Source: Verrucomicrobiota bacterium (GTDB lineage Bacteria; Verrucomicrobiota; Verrucomicrobiia; Opitutales; Seribacteraceae). Taken from it: a stretch of DNA of 64,000 nt. The notes under the pieces are model-generated. The model had not been told where the DNA came from, made no database searches, and was given only the letters and a program-made list of their open reading frames with translations. Every line of letters starts with the position of its first letter. The stretch's first letter is position 1. Position numbers and translations under genes: made by a program. Below are positions 31,701-42,250 of this stretch, in pieces. The stretch lies in the NCBI GenBank assembly GCA_027622665.1, contig JAQBYT010000014.1, positions 1 to 64,000 of the forward strand. Reading direction: 5' to 3'.

Positions 31701-32453
31701 TTAGGAGACCAGTTCTTTGCGAACCCAATCGTAGCCTTTTGCGTCCAGTTTCAATGCCAGTTCCTTGCCGCCCGTTAGTGCAATGGCGCCTTCGCACATA
31801 ACATGTACTTTATCTGGAACAATGTATTCAAGTAATCTTTGGTAGTGAGTAATGACTAGTATTCCTCGGTCGGGACTTCGCATTTGGTTGACACCGTTTG
31901 CGACGACTTTGAGGGCATCGATGTCAAGACCGCTGTCCGTTTCATCTAATATGCAATACTTGGGTTGGAGCATGGACATTTGCAGAATTTCGCAACGTTT
32001 TTTCTCTCCACCCGAGAAACCTTCGTTTACGGAGCGTGAGGTAAACTTCCTATCAATGCCCAGTTCGTCCATGCGGGCATACAAATCTTTATAATAACCG
32101 ACTGCGTCGAGTGTTTCGTTTTCAGCTAAACGTCCCTGAAGCGCAGCTCTTATGAAGTTGGCGATACTTACACCAGGCACCTCGAGCGGATATTGAAACG
32201 CAAGGAAAAGCCCCAAGCGAGAAATTGCATCCGGCTCCATTCCCAGTATTTCATCACCGTCAAGCAGTGCAGTCCCGCTGGTTACCTCGTAGTCCTCGTG
32301 TCCTGAGAGAACTTTGGAAAGCGTACTTTTTCCGCTTCCATTGGGTCCCATGATTGCGTGCACTTCACCTTTCGGGATAGTGAGGTTTAATCCTCGTAGA
32401 ATTTCTTTTCCTTCGATTTGAGCACGAAGATCTTTGATTTCCAAATAGTTCAC
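31701..32453 (-). CDS. sufC: Fe-S cluster assembly ATPase SufC
   Basis: '[10 protein letters not shown]', '[11 protein letters not shown]', '[11 protein letters not shown]', 'ITHYQR'. Confidence 0.97.
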   Translation of the reverse strand: MNYLEIKDLRAQIEGKEILRGLNLTIPKGEVHAIMGPNGSGKSTLSKVLSGHEDYEVTSGTALLDGDEILGMEPDAISRLGLFLAFQYPLEVPGVSIANFIRAALQGRLAENETLDAVGYYKDLYARMDELGIDRKFTSRSVNEGFSGGEKKRCEILQMSMLQPKYCILDETDSGLDIDALKVVANGVNQMRSPDRGILVITHYQRLLEYIVPDKVHVMCEGAIALTGGKELALKLDAKGYDWVRKELVS

Positions 32454-32483
32454 TAATTATATGTATGGTTTTGGAAAATAAAG

Positions 32484-32927
32484 TTACGAAATTGTGTCTG
32501 ACTTTGGTCCCTGCCCAATGAACGATAGTTCTATTGTGTCTGCCGTAAAACCATCGGGTAGAGTTTTTTCGATGATGGAAAGTCTTTCATCATCCAAGCT
32601 GACGTCGTACACTTGGCCAGTAACGCGGCAGTGGAAGTGGGCGTGAGGGTTCCTGTTCGGGCAAAAACGGGTCGGAGCACGGTCCAGGTGGACTTGTTTT
32701 ACTAACTCGCATTCGACCAACGTGTCTAAACAATTGTAGATAGTGGCTAAAGAAATGCTCGGGAGTTTTTCACGAACGCGGAGATGAATGTCGTCTGCTG
32801 TGGGATGATCACGCTTTTCGAGTATAACTTCGTAAACGCAGGTGCGCTGTCGAGTGGGACGGCGATTCCGCGACTTTAAGGCGTGCTTCAGTCGATTGCG
32901 TTCTGTCTCTGGGAGAGCAAGTTTCAT
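32484..32927 (-). CDS. Fur-family transcriptional regulator (PerR/Irr-like)
   Basis: 'HPTADDI', 'SLATIYNCL', 'HAHFHC'; ATG 32927 is preceded by an AAAGGA RBS. Confidence 0.9.
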   Translation of the reverse strand: MKLALPETERNRLKHALKSRNRRPTRQRTCVYEVILEKRDHPTADDIHLRVREKLPSISLATIYNCLDTLVECELVKQVHLDRAPTRFCPNRNPHAHFHCRVTGQVYDVSLDDERLSIIEKTLPDGFTADTIELSFIGQGPKSDTIS

Positions 32928-32947
32928 TTCCTTTGTCTTAACGATAC

Positions 32948-32985
32948 TGAGACTCGTTCGCAAGAAATAAATGGAATGATTCTAA
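32948..32985. promoter_or_regulatory. Putative Fur-family operator(s) upstream of the fur-suf operon
   Basis: Imperfect 7-1-7 palindromes ATGGAAT-G-ATTCTAA (32971-32985) and TGAGACT-C-GTTCGCA (32948-32962), just upstream of the regulator start. Confidence 0.45.
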
Positions 32986-33046
32986 TTTCTGTGATTACCA
33001 CAAAAAATCTTTGGGTACTGAAAAGTATCCCGCAATAGCGGTTAGC

Positions 33047-33325
33047 TCAATAGTCGGTAAAGGTGAACAGTCCCCACAAAAAAGTGGTTTTGTTACCGCT
33101 GAAGTCCCGACGATACCATAATTCGTCGGATTGCAGCCGGATCGTTCCAGTTTCAATAGGAGCAAACGAATTCGGTGAATGGGTAAAGGCACCAGCTACA
33201 TTGATGTTCTTTGACAAGTACTTTTTTGATTGGGGAAACATACTGCAACCGGAAAAACCGATTGCCGAAATCGTCAAAGTGATGATGATGACAGTCTGTT
33301 TGGTTTTTCGTTTCAATGACTTCAT
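33047..33325 (-). CDS. Small hypothetical lipoprotein
   Basis: Basic N-terminus, hydrophobic stretch, lipobox FSG-C; C-terminus 'FLWGLFTFTDY'. Confidence 0.7.
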   Translation of the reverse strand: MKSLKRKTKQTVIIITLTISAIGFSGCSMFPQSKKYLSKNINVAGAFTHSPNSFAPIETGTIRLQSDELWYRRDFSGNKTTFLWGLFTFTDY

Positions 33326-33524
33326 TAAACATAAGAATGGAAGCATTTGAAGATTGGTAAGTCAACTGGCAAAAGCTTCAAAAGTTCCTTCGCTTTCATT
33401 CATTCCCACTCATGATGTTTCTGTTGGAATGAGATTTCTTTCATCTGGAATATGCTTGATTTAGAAGTTCGGCGTTGTACCTCTGCCGAGCATTTATATT
33501 GTAGCTTTTTATCTTCAAGAACTT

Positions 33525-35030
33525 ATGAGCAAAGGAAATTCTAAAATGGAGGAAATCGTGGCGTTGTGCAAACGTCGTGGTTTCATTTTTCAGTCTTCCG
33601 AAATCTATGGTGGAATCAACGGCTTTTTCGACTACGGTCCTCTAGGGGTTGAACTTCGAAAGAACATAAAGGATGCGTGGTGGGAAGACATGGTTCGTCG
33701 TCGCGATGATGTCGTGGGGCTGGACTGTAGCATTATAATGAATCCCGAGGTTTGGCGATCTTCAGGCCATGTCGATGGTTTTTCCGATCCGATGGTGGAC
33801 TGTCGCGAATCCAAGATGCGGTACCGAGCTGATCAACTTTATTGCGGCCCTGTTGTTGTGGGAGAGGAAACCATTGGCTGGATTTCGGTTCTCGAATCCG
33901 AAGTCATGCAGGAAGAGGCAGATGGAAAGGCCGTCGAAATGAAGCGCAAGCAGAGCAAGCAAGGCGATTTGGCGCCCGTTTCATTGCGTTCTTTTGACGA
34001 GATGTCTTCCGAAGAACGTTCACTTGCTCCTTCACCTGCTACCGGCAAAGCAGGTTCTCTTACCGAACCTCGGGAATTCAACATGATGTTCGAGACTCAT
34101 GTTGGTGCGTTACGCGATGCTTCTTCTCTCTGTTATCTCCGTCCCGAGACGGCTCAAGGTATCTTTGCAAATTTCAAGAACGTCCTCGATTCTGGACGAG
34201 TGAAGGTTCCCTTTGGTATTGCCCAGATAGGCAAGGCATTTCGTAATGAGATTACTCCCCGAAACTTTATTTTTCGCTCACGCGAGTTCGAGCAAATGGA
34301 GATAGAGTACTTTATCCCTCCAGACGAAGAGGCATGGCCAAAGTACCATCGTGAATGGATCGCTACTCGGAAGGCGTGGTTCGCTTCCATCGGCTTGACC
34401 GACGAGCATCTCGGAGAGGAAGTGCATCCTAAGGAAAAACTTGCTCACTACGCTCGAGCTTGCACGGACATAACTTTCAAATTCCCTTTTGGCGAACAAG
34501 AGCTCGAAGGCATTGCGGCTAGAGGTAATTTTGATCTTTCACGTCATCAGGAATGCTCCGGTAAGTCCTTGGACTATTTCGACGAAGAGCGAAAAGAGCG
34601 ATATGTCCCGCATGTCATTGAGCCTAGTCTAGGAGTCGATCGCACCTTACTTGCGGTCCTTTGCGCTGCCTATGACGTAGACGAAATTGAAGGAGACAAG
34701 CGAACTGTGCTTAGGTTTCATCCCCGTGTAGCTCCGATTAAGGTCGGTGTCTTTCCTTTGTTGAAGAACAAACCCGAACTGGTGGAGAGAGCTCGCAAGT
34801 TGTACGAACGTTTGCGGCGTAGGTGGAATGTCGTTTATGACCAAGGCGGAGCAATCGGTCGTCGCTATCGTCGCATCGACGAAGCAGGAGCGCCCTTTGG
34901 CGTAACAGTAGACTTCGATACGATCGAAGGCGATGGCAGCATCACTTTGAGGGATCGAGACACGACCAAGCAACAAAGACTTTCCGAAGACGAATTGATT
35001 GCTTTTCTCGAAGAGCAAATCAACCCATAG
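33525..35030 (+). CDS. glyQS: Glycine--tRNA ligase, homodimeric (alpha2) type
   Basis: '[15 protein letters not shown]', 'YLRPETAQG', '[21 protein letters not shown]', 'VIEPSLG', 'IGRRYRR.DE'. Confidence 0.96.
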   Translation: MSKGNSKMEEIVALCKRRGFIFQSSEIYGGINGFFDYGPLGVELRKNIKDAWWEDMVRRRDDVVGLDCSIIMNPEVWRSSGHVDGFSDPMVDCRESKMRYRADQLYCGPVVVGEETIGWISVLESEVMQEEADGKAVEMKRKQSKQGDLAPVSLRSFDEMSSEERSLAPSPATGKAGSLTEPREFNMMFETHVGALRDASSLCYLRPETAQGIFANFKNVLDSGRVKVPFGIAQIGKAFRNEITPRNFIFRSREFEQMEIEYFIPPDEEAWPKYHREWIATRKAWFASIGLTDEHLGEEVHPKEKLAHYARACTDITFKFPFGEQELEGIAARGNFDLSRHQECSGKSLDYFDEERKERYVPHVIEPSLGVDRTLLAVLCAAYDVDEIEGDKRTVLRFHPRVAPIKVGVFPLLKNKPELVERARKLYERLRRRWNVVYDQGGAIGRRYRRIDEAGAPFGVTVDFDTIEGDGSITLRDRDTTKQQRLSEDELIAFLEEQINP

Positions 35031-35052
35031 GAAGAAAGGCGGCGAGAGGCGT

Positions 35053-36774
35053 TTATTCTTCGGCTTTTCGCCAGTCGCGCAGAACCATTTGTGGCAGACG
35101 TCGTCCGTTCCAGTGGTTCCAGCGAAAACGCAAGGCAAGGTCGAGGGGGTATGAACTGGGCGGTATGTTGTCGCCCATCTGCCAAGCTATGCCTGAAACG
35201 GATTCCTCGCCATTGAATATTGAAAACTGAAAATGATCACCCGAACCAACTCGGCGTGGTGGTCCCGATAGTCGAACGCCTCTCAAGGCAAGCGTCGGTT
35301 CAGGGTTTTCCTGCCCAAAGGGTGCCAGGTTGTTTATTTCGAGCAGCAGTTCAGGCCGGAGGTCCTCGGGATTGACGGTTGCATTGACGGTGAGAAAAGG
35401 CTCTGGCAAATTGCCCCCCGTCATCTCTCTAACTGCCAGAATGAAAGCCTCTTGAAATTGAATTAAGTTTTCTTGTGGCAAGTTCATTCCTACGGCTGCG
35501 GGATGTCCACCCCAATGCGTGAGCAATTCCTTGCAGCGAGAAAGGGTTTTAACCATGTCAACTCCAGGGATACTCCGTCCTGAACCTTTGTATTCACTTC
35601 CATCTTTAGCCAGAACGATGCAAGGTTTTTGAAGGCTGCTTGCCAGTTTACCTGCTACGATGCCAACAACTCCGGGATTCCAGTGGTCTCCCTCGCCGAA
35701 TACAACTACGGCAGGTTCATCCGAGAAATTCTCTTCCGCCATCACAACTGCTTCCGCCGTGAGTTCAGACTCTATTGCCCGCCGTTCGAGATTAAAGCCG
35801 TCTATTTTGTCCGCGAGAGTTTTGCATGCCTCGCGGTCTTCGCTCAATAACAGTTCCGTCGCAAATTCCGGCATGTTGAGTCTGCCGCATGCATTGATTC
35901 GAGGGGCTATGCGAAAGGTAACGTCTTCTGCATCTAACGAGGAGTTGCCGGCAATGCCAGATACGGCAATTAGCGACTCTAGCCCGAACCCTGACTGATG
36001 GGCCAGGTGCTTCAGTCCATATCGAGCAAGAATGCGATTTTCACCTTGTAGAGGCACCATGTCGGCAAGAGTGCCGAGCGAGGCTAAGGCTAGGTAATCT
36101 TTCGGGCTTATTCCTTTTGCCGCTTCGTTATCATTTTCTCGAAGGCTTTTAATCAGTCCGTGAGAAAGCTTGAAGGTGAGACCTGCAGTGCATAGGTCTC
36201 GCCAAGGTTCACCTCCATCTTGGTGCAGGTGTGGATTAAGGAGTATGGCACCATCGGGTGTGTCTGTTTTTGCTTGGTGATGGTCGACTACTAGAAGATC
36301 GATCCCCTTGGATTGAAGAAAGGCGTACTCCTCGGAGGAATTCGTGCCGCAATCGAGAGCCACGACTAGGTCGACGTCGCCCATTTGCAGTCCTCGCTCG
36401 AGCACTGCGCGAGTCAATCCATATCCCTCTTCTTTTCGTTTAGGCGTAATGTGAAAGGGTTTGTTCCCCAATGCGGAAAGAACGCGACACAGCATTACCG
36501 TGGAAGTGATTCCGTCTACATCGTAGTCCCCGACAATAAGCAGCGATTCCTTTTTATCCAGAGCCTGTATCAATCGATCTACGGCCTCCTTCATCGACGG
36601 AAGGTCGAATGGACTCGCTAAATCCGCTAGGTTTGGCTTTAGAAAAGCACGTGCGGAGTCCGCATCGGTCAATCCCCGAGCTACGAGGAATCGAGAAAGA
36701 ATTGGAGAGATCGAAAGAGCTCTTGAAAGCCTCTCGGCAATTTCTTCGGAGACGGAATCCTCAATCCATCGCAT
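35053..36774 (-). CDS. recJ: Single-stranded DNA exonuclease RecJ
   Basis: 'GDYDVDG', 'DCG', 'DHH', 'PRINACGR', 'GSGRS', 'GGHPAAVG'. Confidence 0.96.
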   Translation of the reverse strand: MRWIEDSVSEEIAERLSRALSISPILSRFLVARGLTDADSARAFLKPNLADLASPFDLPSMKEAVDRLIQALDKKESLLIVGDYDVDGITSTVMLCRVLSALGNKPFHITPKRKEEGYGLTRAVLERGLQMGDVDLVVALDCGTNSSEEYAFLQSKGIDLLVVDHHQAKTDTPDGAILLNPHLHQDGGEPWRDLCTAGLTFKLSHGLIKSLRENDNEAAKGISPKDYLALASLGTLADMVPLQGENRILARYGLKHLAHQSGFGLESLIAVSGIAGNSSLDAEDVTFRIAPRINACGRLNMPEFATELLLSEDREACKTLADKIDGFNLERRAIESELTAEAVVMAEENFSDEPAVVVFGEGDHWNPGVVGIVAGKLASSLQKPCIVLAKDGSEYKGSGRSIPGVDMVKTLSRCKELLTHWGGHPAAVGMNLPQENLIQFQEAFILAVREMTGGNLPEPFLTVNATVNPEDLRPELLLEINNLAPFGQENPEPTLALRGVRLSGPPRRVGSGDHFQFSIFNGEESVSGIAWQMGDNIPPSSYPLDLALRFRWNHWNGRRLPQMVLRDWRKAEE

Positions 36775-36807
36775 GTAGATACCTTTGACCTAAAAAGCTT
36801 TTAGTCC

Positions 36808-39483
36808 TCAAGTCTTGGATGAAGTTTGCCAGTCGTACTTTGGAGTGAATTCCCGTTCCTCGACATGCTTGCGGTCACCTTTGTGCCACCAGTAGAAAAT
36901 GGGGCTGGCGATGAAAATTGAAGAGAAAGTTCCCGTTAAAATGCCGATCACGAAAACGAAGGCAAAGTCGTGGATGACCCCCGCGCCGAAAATCCATAGC
37001 GATAATGCGGCCATAAGGGTTGTGGCGCTAGTAATGATTGTGCGAGAGAGCACTCGATTGATTGCAATCAGAATGACCTTTCTCAGGTTCGTCACGGGAT
37101 TCATTAGCAACTCCTCTCGAATCCGATCGAACACGACTATGGTGTCGTTGATGGAGTAACCCACGATCATCAGGATGGAAGCGAGCATTGGTGCGGTAAA
37201 CTGGCCCGAGCAAAGGCTGCCATCAGAAAGATAACCCATCAGGACAAATATCCCGACCGTCATCAATACATCGTGAACCGTTGCGATAACTGCACCTACG
37301 GCGTAACCGACTTCGAAACGAAACGCTACGTATAGGAGTATCCCGAGTAGTGCGACCAATACCGATACGATGGCGTCATGTTGTATTTGCTCACTCACCG
37401 ATCCTCCAATTGTATTTGAACCGACTTCCACTAAGTTGGCTTGAGGATGGGCCTCATTCAGGGCAAGAAGTACGTTGCTTGCATTTGCTTCAGTTTGGAG
37501 AACCAGATATTCTCCCTTTTCCCCGGAACCGATTTCGGAGCGGTACACATGCTGCACTTCACCAAGCTTTGAATCTTTAACGACTTTTTCTAGGTCTGCG
37601 GCATCTATGCGCTGGTCGAAAGAGGCAATCAGCTCTTCTCCACCCTGGAAATCAATTCCCAAAATGTGATCCTTTTGCTCGTAAACTGCAAATATGCCGA
37701 TAGCTACAATTATCCAAGAGATGGCAAAAGCCAATCGACGGTGCTTGTGAAAATCGATTTGTCGTCGGGGTTGACCTTTGTCGATTGTCTTGAGGCTGAT
37801 GAGGTTTTTCACACCGTAGTGAAGGAGCATTTCCATAAGGAATCTGCTAACAACGAGGGCACAAAATATCGAGACCAGTATACCGATGGCAAGTGTGACT
37901 CCGAATCCTTTCACGGGTCCTGTGCCCAACCATATGAGAATGGATGCGGTTATTAGTGTCGTGAGGTTTGCGTCGATAATGGTCGAAAAAGCTTTTTCGT
38001 AGCCACCTGCCAAGGCAGCCTCCGGACTCTTTCCGGCACGCAGTTCCTCTCGTATTCGCTCGAAAATCAAGATGTTTGCGTCTACTGCCATACCTATGGT
38101 TAGCACTAAAGCAGCTATGCCCGGCAGGGTGAAGGTAGCTTGAAAGAGACCTGCGAGCGCCGCCACCACAAAAAGAACGTTTGTGCCAACGGAAATTACG
38201 GCAATTACTCCTCCGCCTTTGTACCATGTAATCATAAAGGCGATGACCAGAATTGCTCCAAGCAGGCATGCCTTCGTACTGCTTTCCATCGCGTCTTCCG
38301 CCAGGGTGGGGGAGACCTCGTACTTCTCTCCTATGGCTAAAGAAACCTTCAGCGGATTGTTCAAAATATCTGACAGCATCTTGGATTCTCTGCGGGTGAA
38401 GGAACCCTCGATTACCGCACTCCCTCCATCAATTCGCTTTTTGACAGTTGGCGCGCTTTCGAGCACTCCGTCGAGCACTACCGCTAACCTCCCGATTGAG
38501 CCGGCTGCGTTGGAATTAGCTATTTCTCCAGTAAGTTTACCGAAATCCCGCCCACCCTCAGAGGTGAAGTCCAAAGCCACGTACCAACCGCCCGATTGAT
38601 CTTGGCGGGGTGCAGCTTTGTCCAATATGTCTCCGTCGGCTTGCGGGTAGCGAGTCACCCATGCAACTTCCTCGACCCGAGCGTTGTTGCGCAACGCAAC
38701 GAACGGTGTTCCGTCATCGTTTACCCACTCGTCACCCTCGAGGGGATTTACCGGGGCTTGTGGATCGATGCTCACCATATGGAAGGCCAGTCGCGCAGGG
38801 CGTTGTAGCTCTTCGATCATCTCAGGGTTTTCCTTTGTCGTGAGATCAGGTATTTGCACCTCTATTGTGCTGTCGCCCTTCTTCCGAACAATTGTCTCTG
38901 CTACGCCAAAGGCGTTTAGGCGTTCACTCATAATCTCGACCACCTTGTCCATGGCGGAAGAATCCGAGTTTCCGTTCGCTAGAGTGGCATTGTCTTCTGC
39001 TGCGGAAGGCTGGATTTCTAGAGTGAAAGCCACTCCTCCTCTAAGATCCAATCCCTTCCTTATGGATGCTTGGGAATTCCGAAGGAGTGCGCGAAGAACA
39101 ATGTCGTTACGCTTTTCACGATCTTTTTCAAAGGAGGCGCGGATTCCCGGTTTAACGGCAAATGGAAGCAAACGGGAAGCCACTGTCCCGAGAACGCCTG
39201 TGGGTGGCTTGTAGTACTCTGCATAGTCCAGACGGTTTTGCGTGCCGAAGTCTTTAAGGCTCTTGAAATCAACCTTTTCTGCTTCGCCGAGACCTTCTTT
39301 GACCTCGTCCAGAACTTTTTCGAATGTCAGGTAGTTCGGATAAAGCGTGGCGTTGGCGTCGCTAGTAGATTGAGATAGGGCATATTCACCCAAGTCCTGA
39401 TCATCGAACGGAGTGATTAGGGCAAAGCTGACTAAGACGAGAAACATAGTCGGCAAGAATTTCCACAACACGTTTTTGGGCAT
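36808..39483 (-). CDS. secDF: Fused protein translocase subunit SecDF
   Basis: 'GLDLRGG', 'GMAVDANILIFERIREE', 'GIDFQGG', 'GYSINDTIVVFDRIRE'. Confidence 0.96.
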   Translation of the reverse strand: MPKNVLWKFLPTMFLVLVSFALITPFDDQDLGEYALSQSTSDANATLYPNYLTFEKVLDEVKEGLGEAEKVDFKSLKDFGTQNRLDYAEYYKPPTGVLGTVASRLLPFAVKPGIRASFEKDREKRNDIVLRALLRNSQASIRKGLDLRGGVAFTLEIQPSAAEDNATLANGNSDSSAMDKVVEIMSERLNAFGVAETIVRKKGDSTIEVQIPDLTTKENPEMIEELQRPARLAFHMVSIDPQAPVNPLEGDEWVNDDGTPFVALRNNARVEEVAWVTRYPQADGDILDKAAPRQDQSGGWYVALDFTSEGGRDFGKLTGEIANSNAAGSIGRLAVVLDGVLESAPTVKKRIDGGSAVIEGSFTRRESKMLSDILNNPLKVSLAIGEKYEVSPTLAEDAMESSTKACLLGAILVIAFMITWYKGGGVIAVISVGTNVLFVVAALAGLFQATFTLPGIAALVLTIGMAVDANILIFERIREELRAGKSPEAALAGGYEKAFSTIIDANLTTLITASILIWLGTGPVKGFGVTLAIGILVSIFCALVVSRFLMEMLLHYGVKNLISLKTIDKGQPRRQIDFHKHRRLAFAISWIIVAIGIFAVYEQKDHILGIDFQGGEELIASFDQRIDAADLEKVVKDSKLGEVQHVYRSEIGSGEKGEYLVLQTEANASNVLLALNEAHPQANLVEVGSNTIGGSVSEQIQHDAIVSVLVALLGILLYVAFRFEVGYAVGAVIATVHDVLMTVGIFVLMGYLSDGSLCSGQFTAPMLASILMIVGYSINDTIVVFDRIREELLMNPVTNLRKVILIAINRVLSRTIITSATTLMAALSLWIFGAGVIHDFAFVFVIGILTGTFSSIFIASPIFYWWHKGDRKHVEEREFTPKYDWQTSSKT

Positions 39484-39563
39484 GACTTATTTTAATTTGA
39501 AAGGAAACATTGTTGCCTGCGAATGAAAGAGGCGGGTAATTAAGTGGGGTGGGTTTGTTGGTG

Positions 39564-39890
39564 CTAATCAATTTTCGCAGCGATGGCTTCTTTGGCTACC
39601 TCTATCTTCACATTCTCGCCGATGCGTAAAACAAAACGATCGTCCTTCACTCCGGTTACCGTACCGAAAATGCCGCCAAGAGTTTTTACCTGAGCTCCCT
39701 TTTCGAGAGACTGTACCATCTTGTCGTGCTGTTTCTGTTTCTTTCTCTGAGGCGCGATCAGTAAAAAGTAGAAGGCAACGAGAATAAGAATCATGGGAAG
39801 AAAAGACATAATGCCTCCGCCCCCCTGTTGGTCGCCTCCGGGAGCCATTGCTAACCACACTTGGTGTTCGATCAATTTATCACACATCAT
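39564..39890 (-). CDS. yajC: Preprotein translocase subunit YajC
   Basis: 'FYFLLIAPQRKKQK', 'V.TLGGIFGTV'. Confidence 0.95.
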   Translation of the reverse strand: MMCDKLIEHQVWLAMAPGGDQQGGGGIMSFLPMILILVAFYFLLIAPQRKKQKQHDKMVQSLEKGAQVKTLGGIFGTVTGVKDDRFVLRIGENVKIEVAKEAIAAKID

Positions 39891-39979
39891 AATTTTCTGA
39901 AAAAGGTAAATATGTTACCTACTCTGCCTGCCTTGGCAAGCCTATGATGGCTAGATTTACAAATGTCGTCTTAAGCAAT

Positions 39980-41305
39980 TCAAGAAGATCCCGTTGAGGT
40001 TTTGTGCTCCGGGAAAAACTCTTTTGGCAAACCTCTTATGTGAATGTCCTGTTGGGGGAAGGGTATTTCAATTCCTCCATCCTTAAAGCGATCCCATACG
40101 GCTAAAAGTAATTCGCTACGCACGTTGCCAACGCCGTTGGATGGGTCTTCTATCCAAAAACGTAATTCAAGATCTACCGAGTTGTCCCCAAAACCCGTAA
40201 CAAGGCAGCGTGGTTCATGACTATTTATAATTCGAGGTATTGATCTTGCGGCGTCTAAGCATAAATCAATGGCTTGCCTAGGGTCTGAGTCGTAAGAAAT
40301 GCCAATGGGTACTCTGACTCGGACGTTCTTGTCGCTGAATGACCAGTTGATAACCTTGTTAGTGATTAAGTTCTCGTTTGGGATTAGGTGTTCCTTGCCG
40401 TCACGGGTAATTACTGATGCGTATCGAGCTCGTAGTGAATTTATCCATCCGTAGGTACCGTCGATCTCGATGACGTCGCCCGGTTTTATCGAGCGGTCCA
40501 GCAGCAATATGAGTCCGCTGACCAAGTTTGAAACCACCTTTTGTAGGCCAAAACCTATGCCTACGCCGACCGCACCGCCAAGTAATGCAAAAGAGGATAA
40601 ATCCAGTCCAACGGTGGACAGGGCTACGGCAAAGGAGAAAAAGACAAGACCTATCCGCATGATCTTGCCCAGTAGAACCTGGAGGGATGGCGGAAGGTGA
40701 GGGAGTTGACGTATGCGGGTTTCACCTGCTGTTGCGAGCATTGAAGTGCCCCATAGTAAGCCCAGTAAAATGCATATGCCGTTGAGTAAGTCTAAGACTG
40801 AAATTTCGGTGCTTCCGATGCTGAAACCCAATTTCCTCAGCAAGTCTACCGTTGCTCCCAAAAGTCCGAAACTGTGTAGGGCGGCAACTCCGAAAGCCAC
40901 TACGGCTACCAATCGCAGCCACGCCCGGCTTCTTATGAAACCTGATACTAGCCGAAAAATCCCCCAAGCGCCGGCGACGCTAGTGAATGGTCGAATAAGG
41001 TCACGAGTGGGCATGTGGTATTCGTAAAAAACGATTACCGTCAGCAAGCAAAGAGACAAAAGGAATAGCGGGGCAACCATTCGCTCAAGTGCCGCCCAGA
41101 TCTTCCGCAGCAAAGGAGGGGAATCAGGATTCTCCGCTAGGGGATGAATACGCCATTTTGTTAGGCGAGTGGCAATGAAGGTAACGCAGACCAACCCTGC
41201 CATCAACAGCAGTTGCAACCTAACGGAAGGATCATCCAGAAAGGATTGAGCGGTTTCCCAATCCAGGCTTATGGCAAGTGAATCGATTAAGCCCCCGGAG
41301 TACAT
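39980..41305 (-). CDS. mscS: Small-conductance mechanosensitive channel family protein
   Basis: 'GVGIGFGLQKVVSNLVSG', 'IKPGDVI', 'IPNE', 'IEIPFPQ'; extra N-terminal TMs. Confidence 0.9.
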   Translation of the reverse strand: MYSGGLIDSLAISLDWETAQSFLDDPSVRLQLLLMAGLVCVTFIATRLTKWRIHPLAENPDSPPLLRKIWAALERMVAPLFLLSLCLLTVIVFYEYHMPTRDLIRPFTSVAGAWGIFRLVSGFIRSRAWLRLVAVVAFGVAALHSFGLLGATVDLLRKLGFSIGSTEISVLDLLNGICILLGLLWGTSMLATAGETRIRQLPHLPPSLQVLLGKIMRIGLVFFSFAVALSTVGLDLSSFALLGGAVGVGIGFGLQKVVSNLVSGLILLLDRSIKPGDVIEIDGTYGWINSLRARYASVITRDGKEHLIPNENLITNKVINWSFSDKNVRVRVPIGISYDSDPRQAIDLCLDAARSIPRIINSHEPRCLVTGFGDNSVDLELRFWIEDPSNGVGNVRSELLLAVWDRFKDGGIEIPFPQQDIHIRGLPKEFFPEHKTSTGSS

Positions 41306-41342
41306 TTTTTATCTATAAGTGAATGAGTCGATGGAAGTGAAA

Positions 41343-41963
41343 TTATCCTACTAAGTACGGCCATGTGATCAACAATTGTAATAAACCGATGAAGAAACCA
41401 AGCACTCCTCCTACAATCTCAATAAATCGAAATTCTTTTTTCATGATGGAGAAGAGCATATCCTCCAATTTGTCGCAGGAAAAGCTTTCCACTTTTTCAC
41501 GCACCGTAGCCTTTACGTCGATTTCGGTTTCAAGTTTTTTTGCGATCTCATCTGATGCTTCGGTTAGCAAATCTTTCAGTTCGGAAAGAAACAGACCGCT
41601 CACCTTGGTGATCATCTCATCATTCAGGAACATCGAGAGCATGGGAAATGTCGTTAACAGCTTTTCGCTGATTGTTTTTTCGATGCGTCTAGCCGCGATG
41701 CTCGCTATCTCGTCGCTTTCCGCGACTTCGCGGAGTTTGCTTGTTACATCTGACATGGAAAATAGTTGTTCCGAGACGATTTCACCAAGTTTTTCGGCAA
41801 GCGCGGTCTGTCGTTTTGGGAACACTCCCTGAATTCGAAGCAGACCTAAGGCATTTATTTCTTTTCGAGGATGGAAGAGCATCTTGACCGCGAGAAAGTT
41901 GGTCAACCAGCCTATGCCGCCGGCTATAATCGGAAGTATAAATATCAGTTCTTTTGGTGGCAT
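41343..41963 (-). CDS. DUF445 family membrane protein
   Basis: 'IGWLTNFLAVKMLFHP', 'QGVFPKR', 'KEFRFIE..GGVLGFFIG'. Confidence 0.85.
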   Translation of the reverse strand: MPPKELIFILPIIAGGIGWLTNFLAVKMLFHPRKEINALGLLRIQGVFPKRQTALAEKLGEIVSEQLFSMSDVTSKLREVAESDEIASIAARRIEKTISEKLLTTFPMLSMFLNDEMITKVSGLFLSELKDLLTEASDEIAKKLETEIDVKATVREKVESFSCDKLEDMLFSIMKKEFRFIEIVGGVLGFFIGLLQLLITWPYLVG

Positions 41964-42025
41964 ATGGATGAATTTAAGGCTTTTCCAGTTTTAAAAAAAG
42001 GTAATCTTGTGTTAGTAAAGTAGTC

Positions 42026-42231
42026 GTGGGCAAGGATGTTTTGAGATTTCTTCTCATTCTATTATTCTTATTTTCAGTATCTTGTGCAACATTCGTGATC
42101 AAGACAGTGAAGCTCGCCGTTGATCTGACGCTTAAACCCGCAAAAATGCAACTGTTGACGTGATGGAGAAACCCGTTCGCAAAGTTGTCGAAATCTCTAA
42201 ACTGAAAAATCCACTAAAGGCGTTTTGCTAA
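42026..42231 (+). pseudogene. Small lipoprotein gene split by a one-base frameshift
   Basis: GTG 42026 or TTG 42041 start, 'RFLLILLFLFSVS-C' lipobox-like; stop at 42161-42163, but the shifted frame continues 'ATVDVMEKPVRKVV...' to TAA 42231, just before a terminator. Confidence 0.5.
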
Positions 42232-42250
42232 CTCTTTATTCGTACTGCAT

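Noticed and set aside
33350..33524. T-box or ncRNA before glyQS (TCATTCC...GGAATGA inverted repeat)
   Set aside because: No T-box consensus or terminator; a single short stem in AT-rich DNA is not enough.
33525..35030. Eukaryote-like GlyRS as evidence of horizontal transfer
   Set aside because: The alpha2-type enzyme is normal in many bacterial phyla, including PVC.
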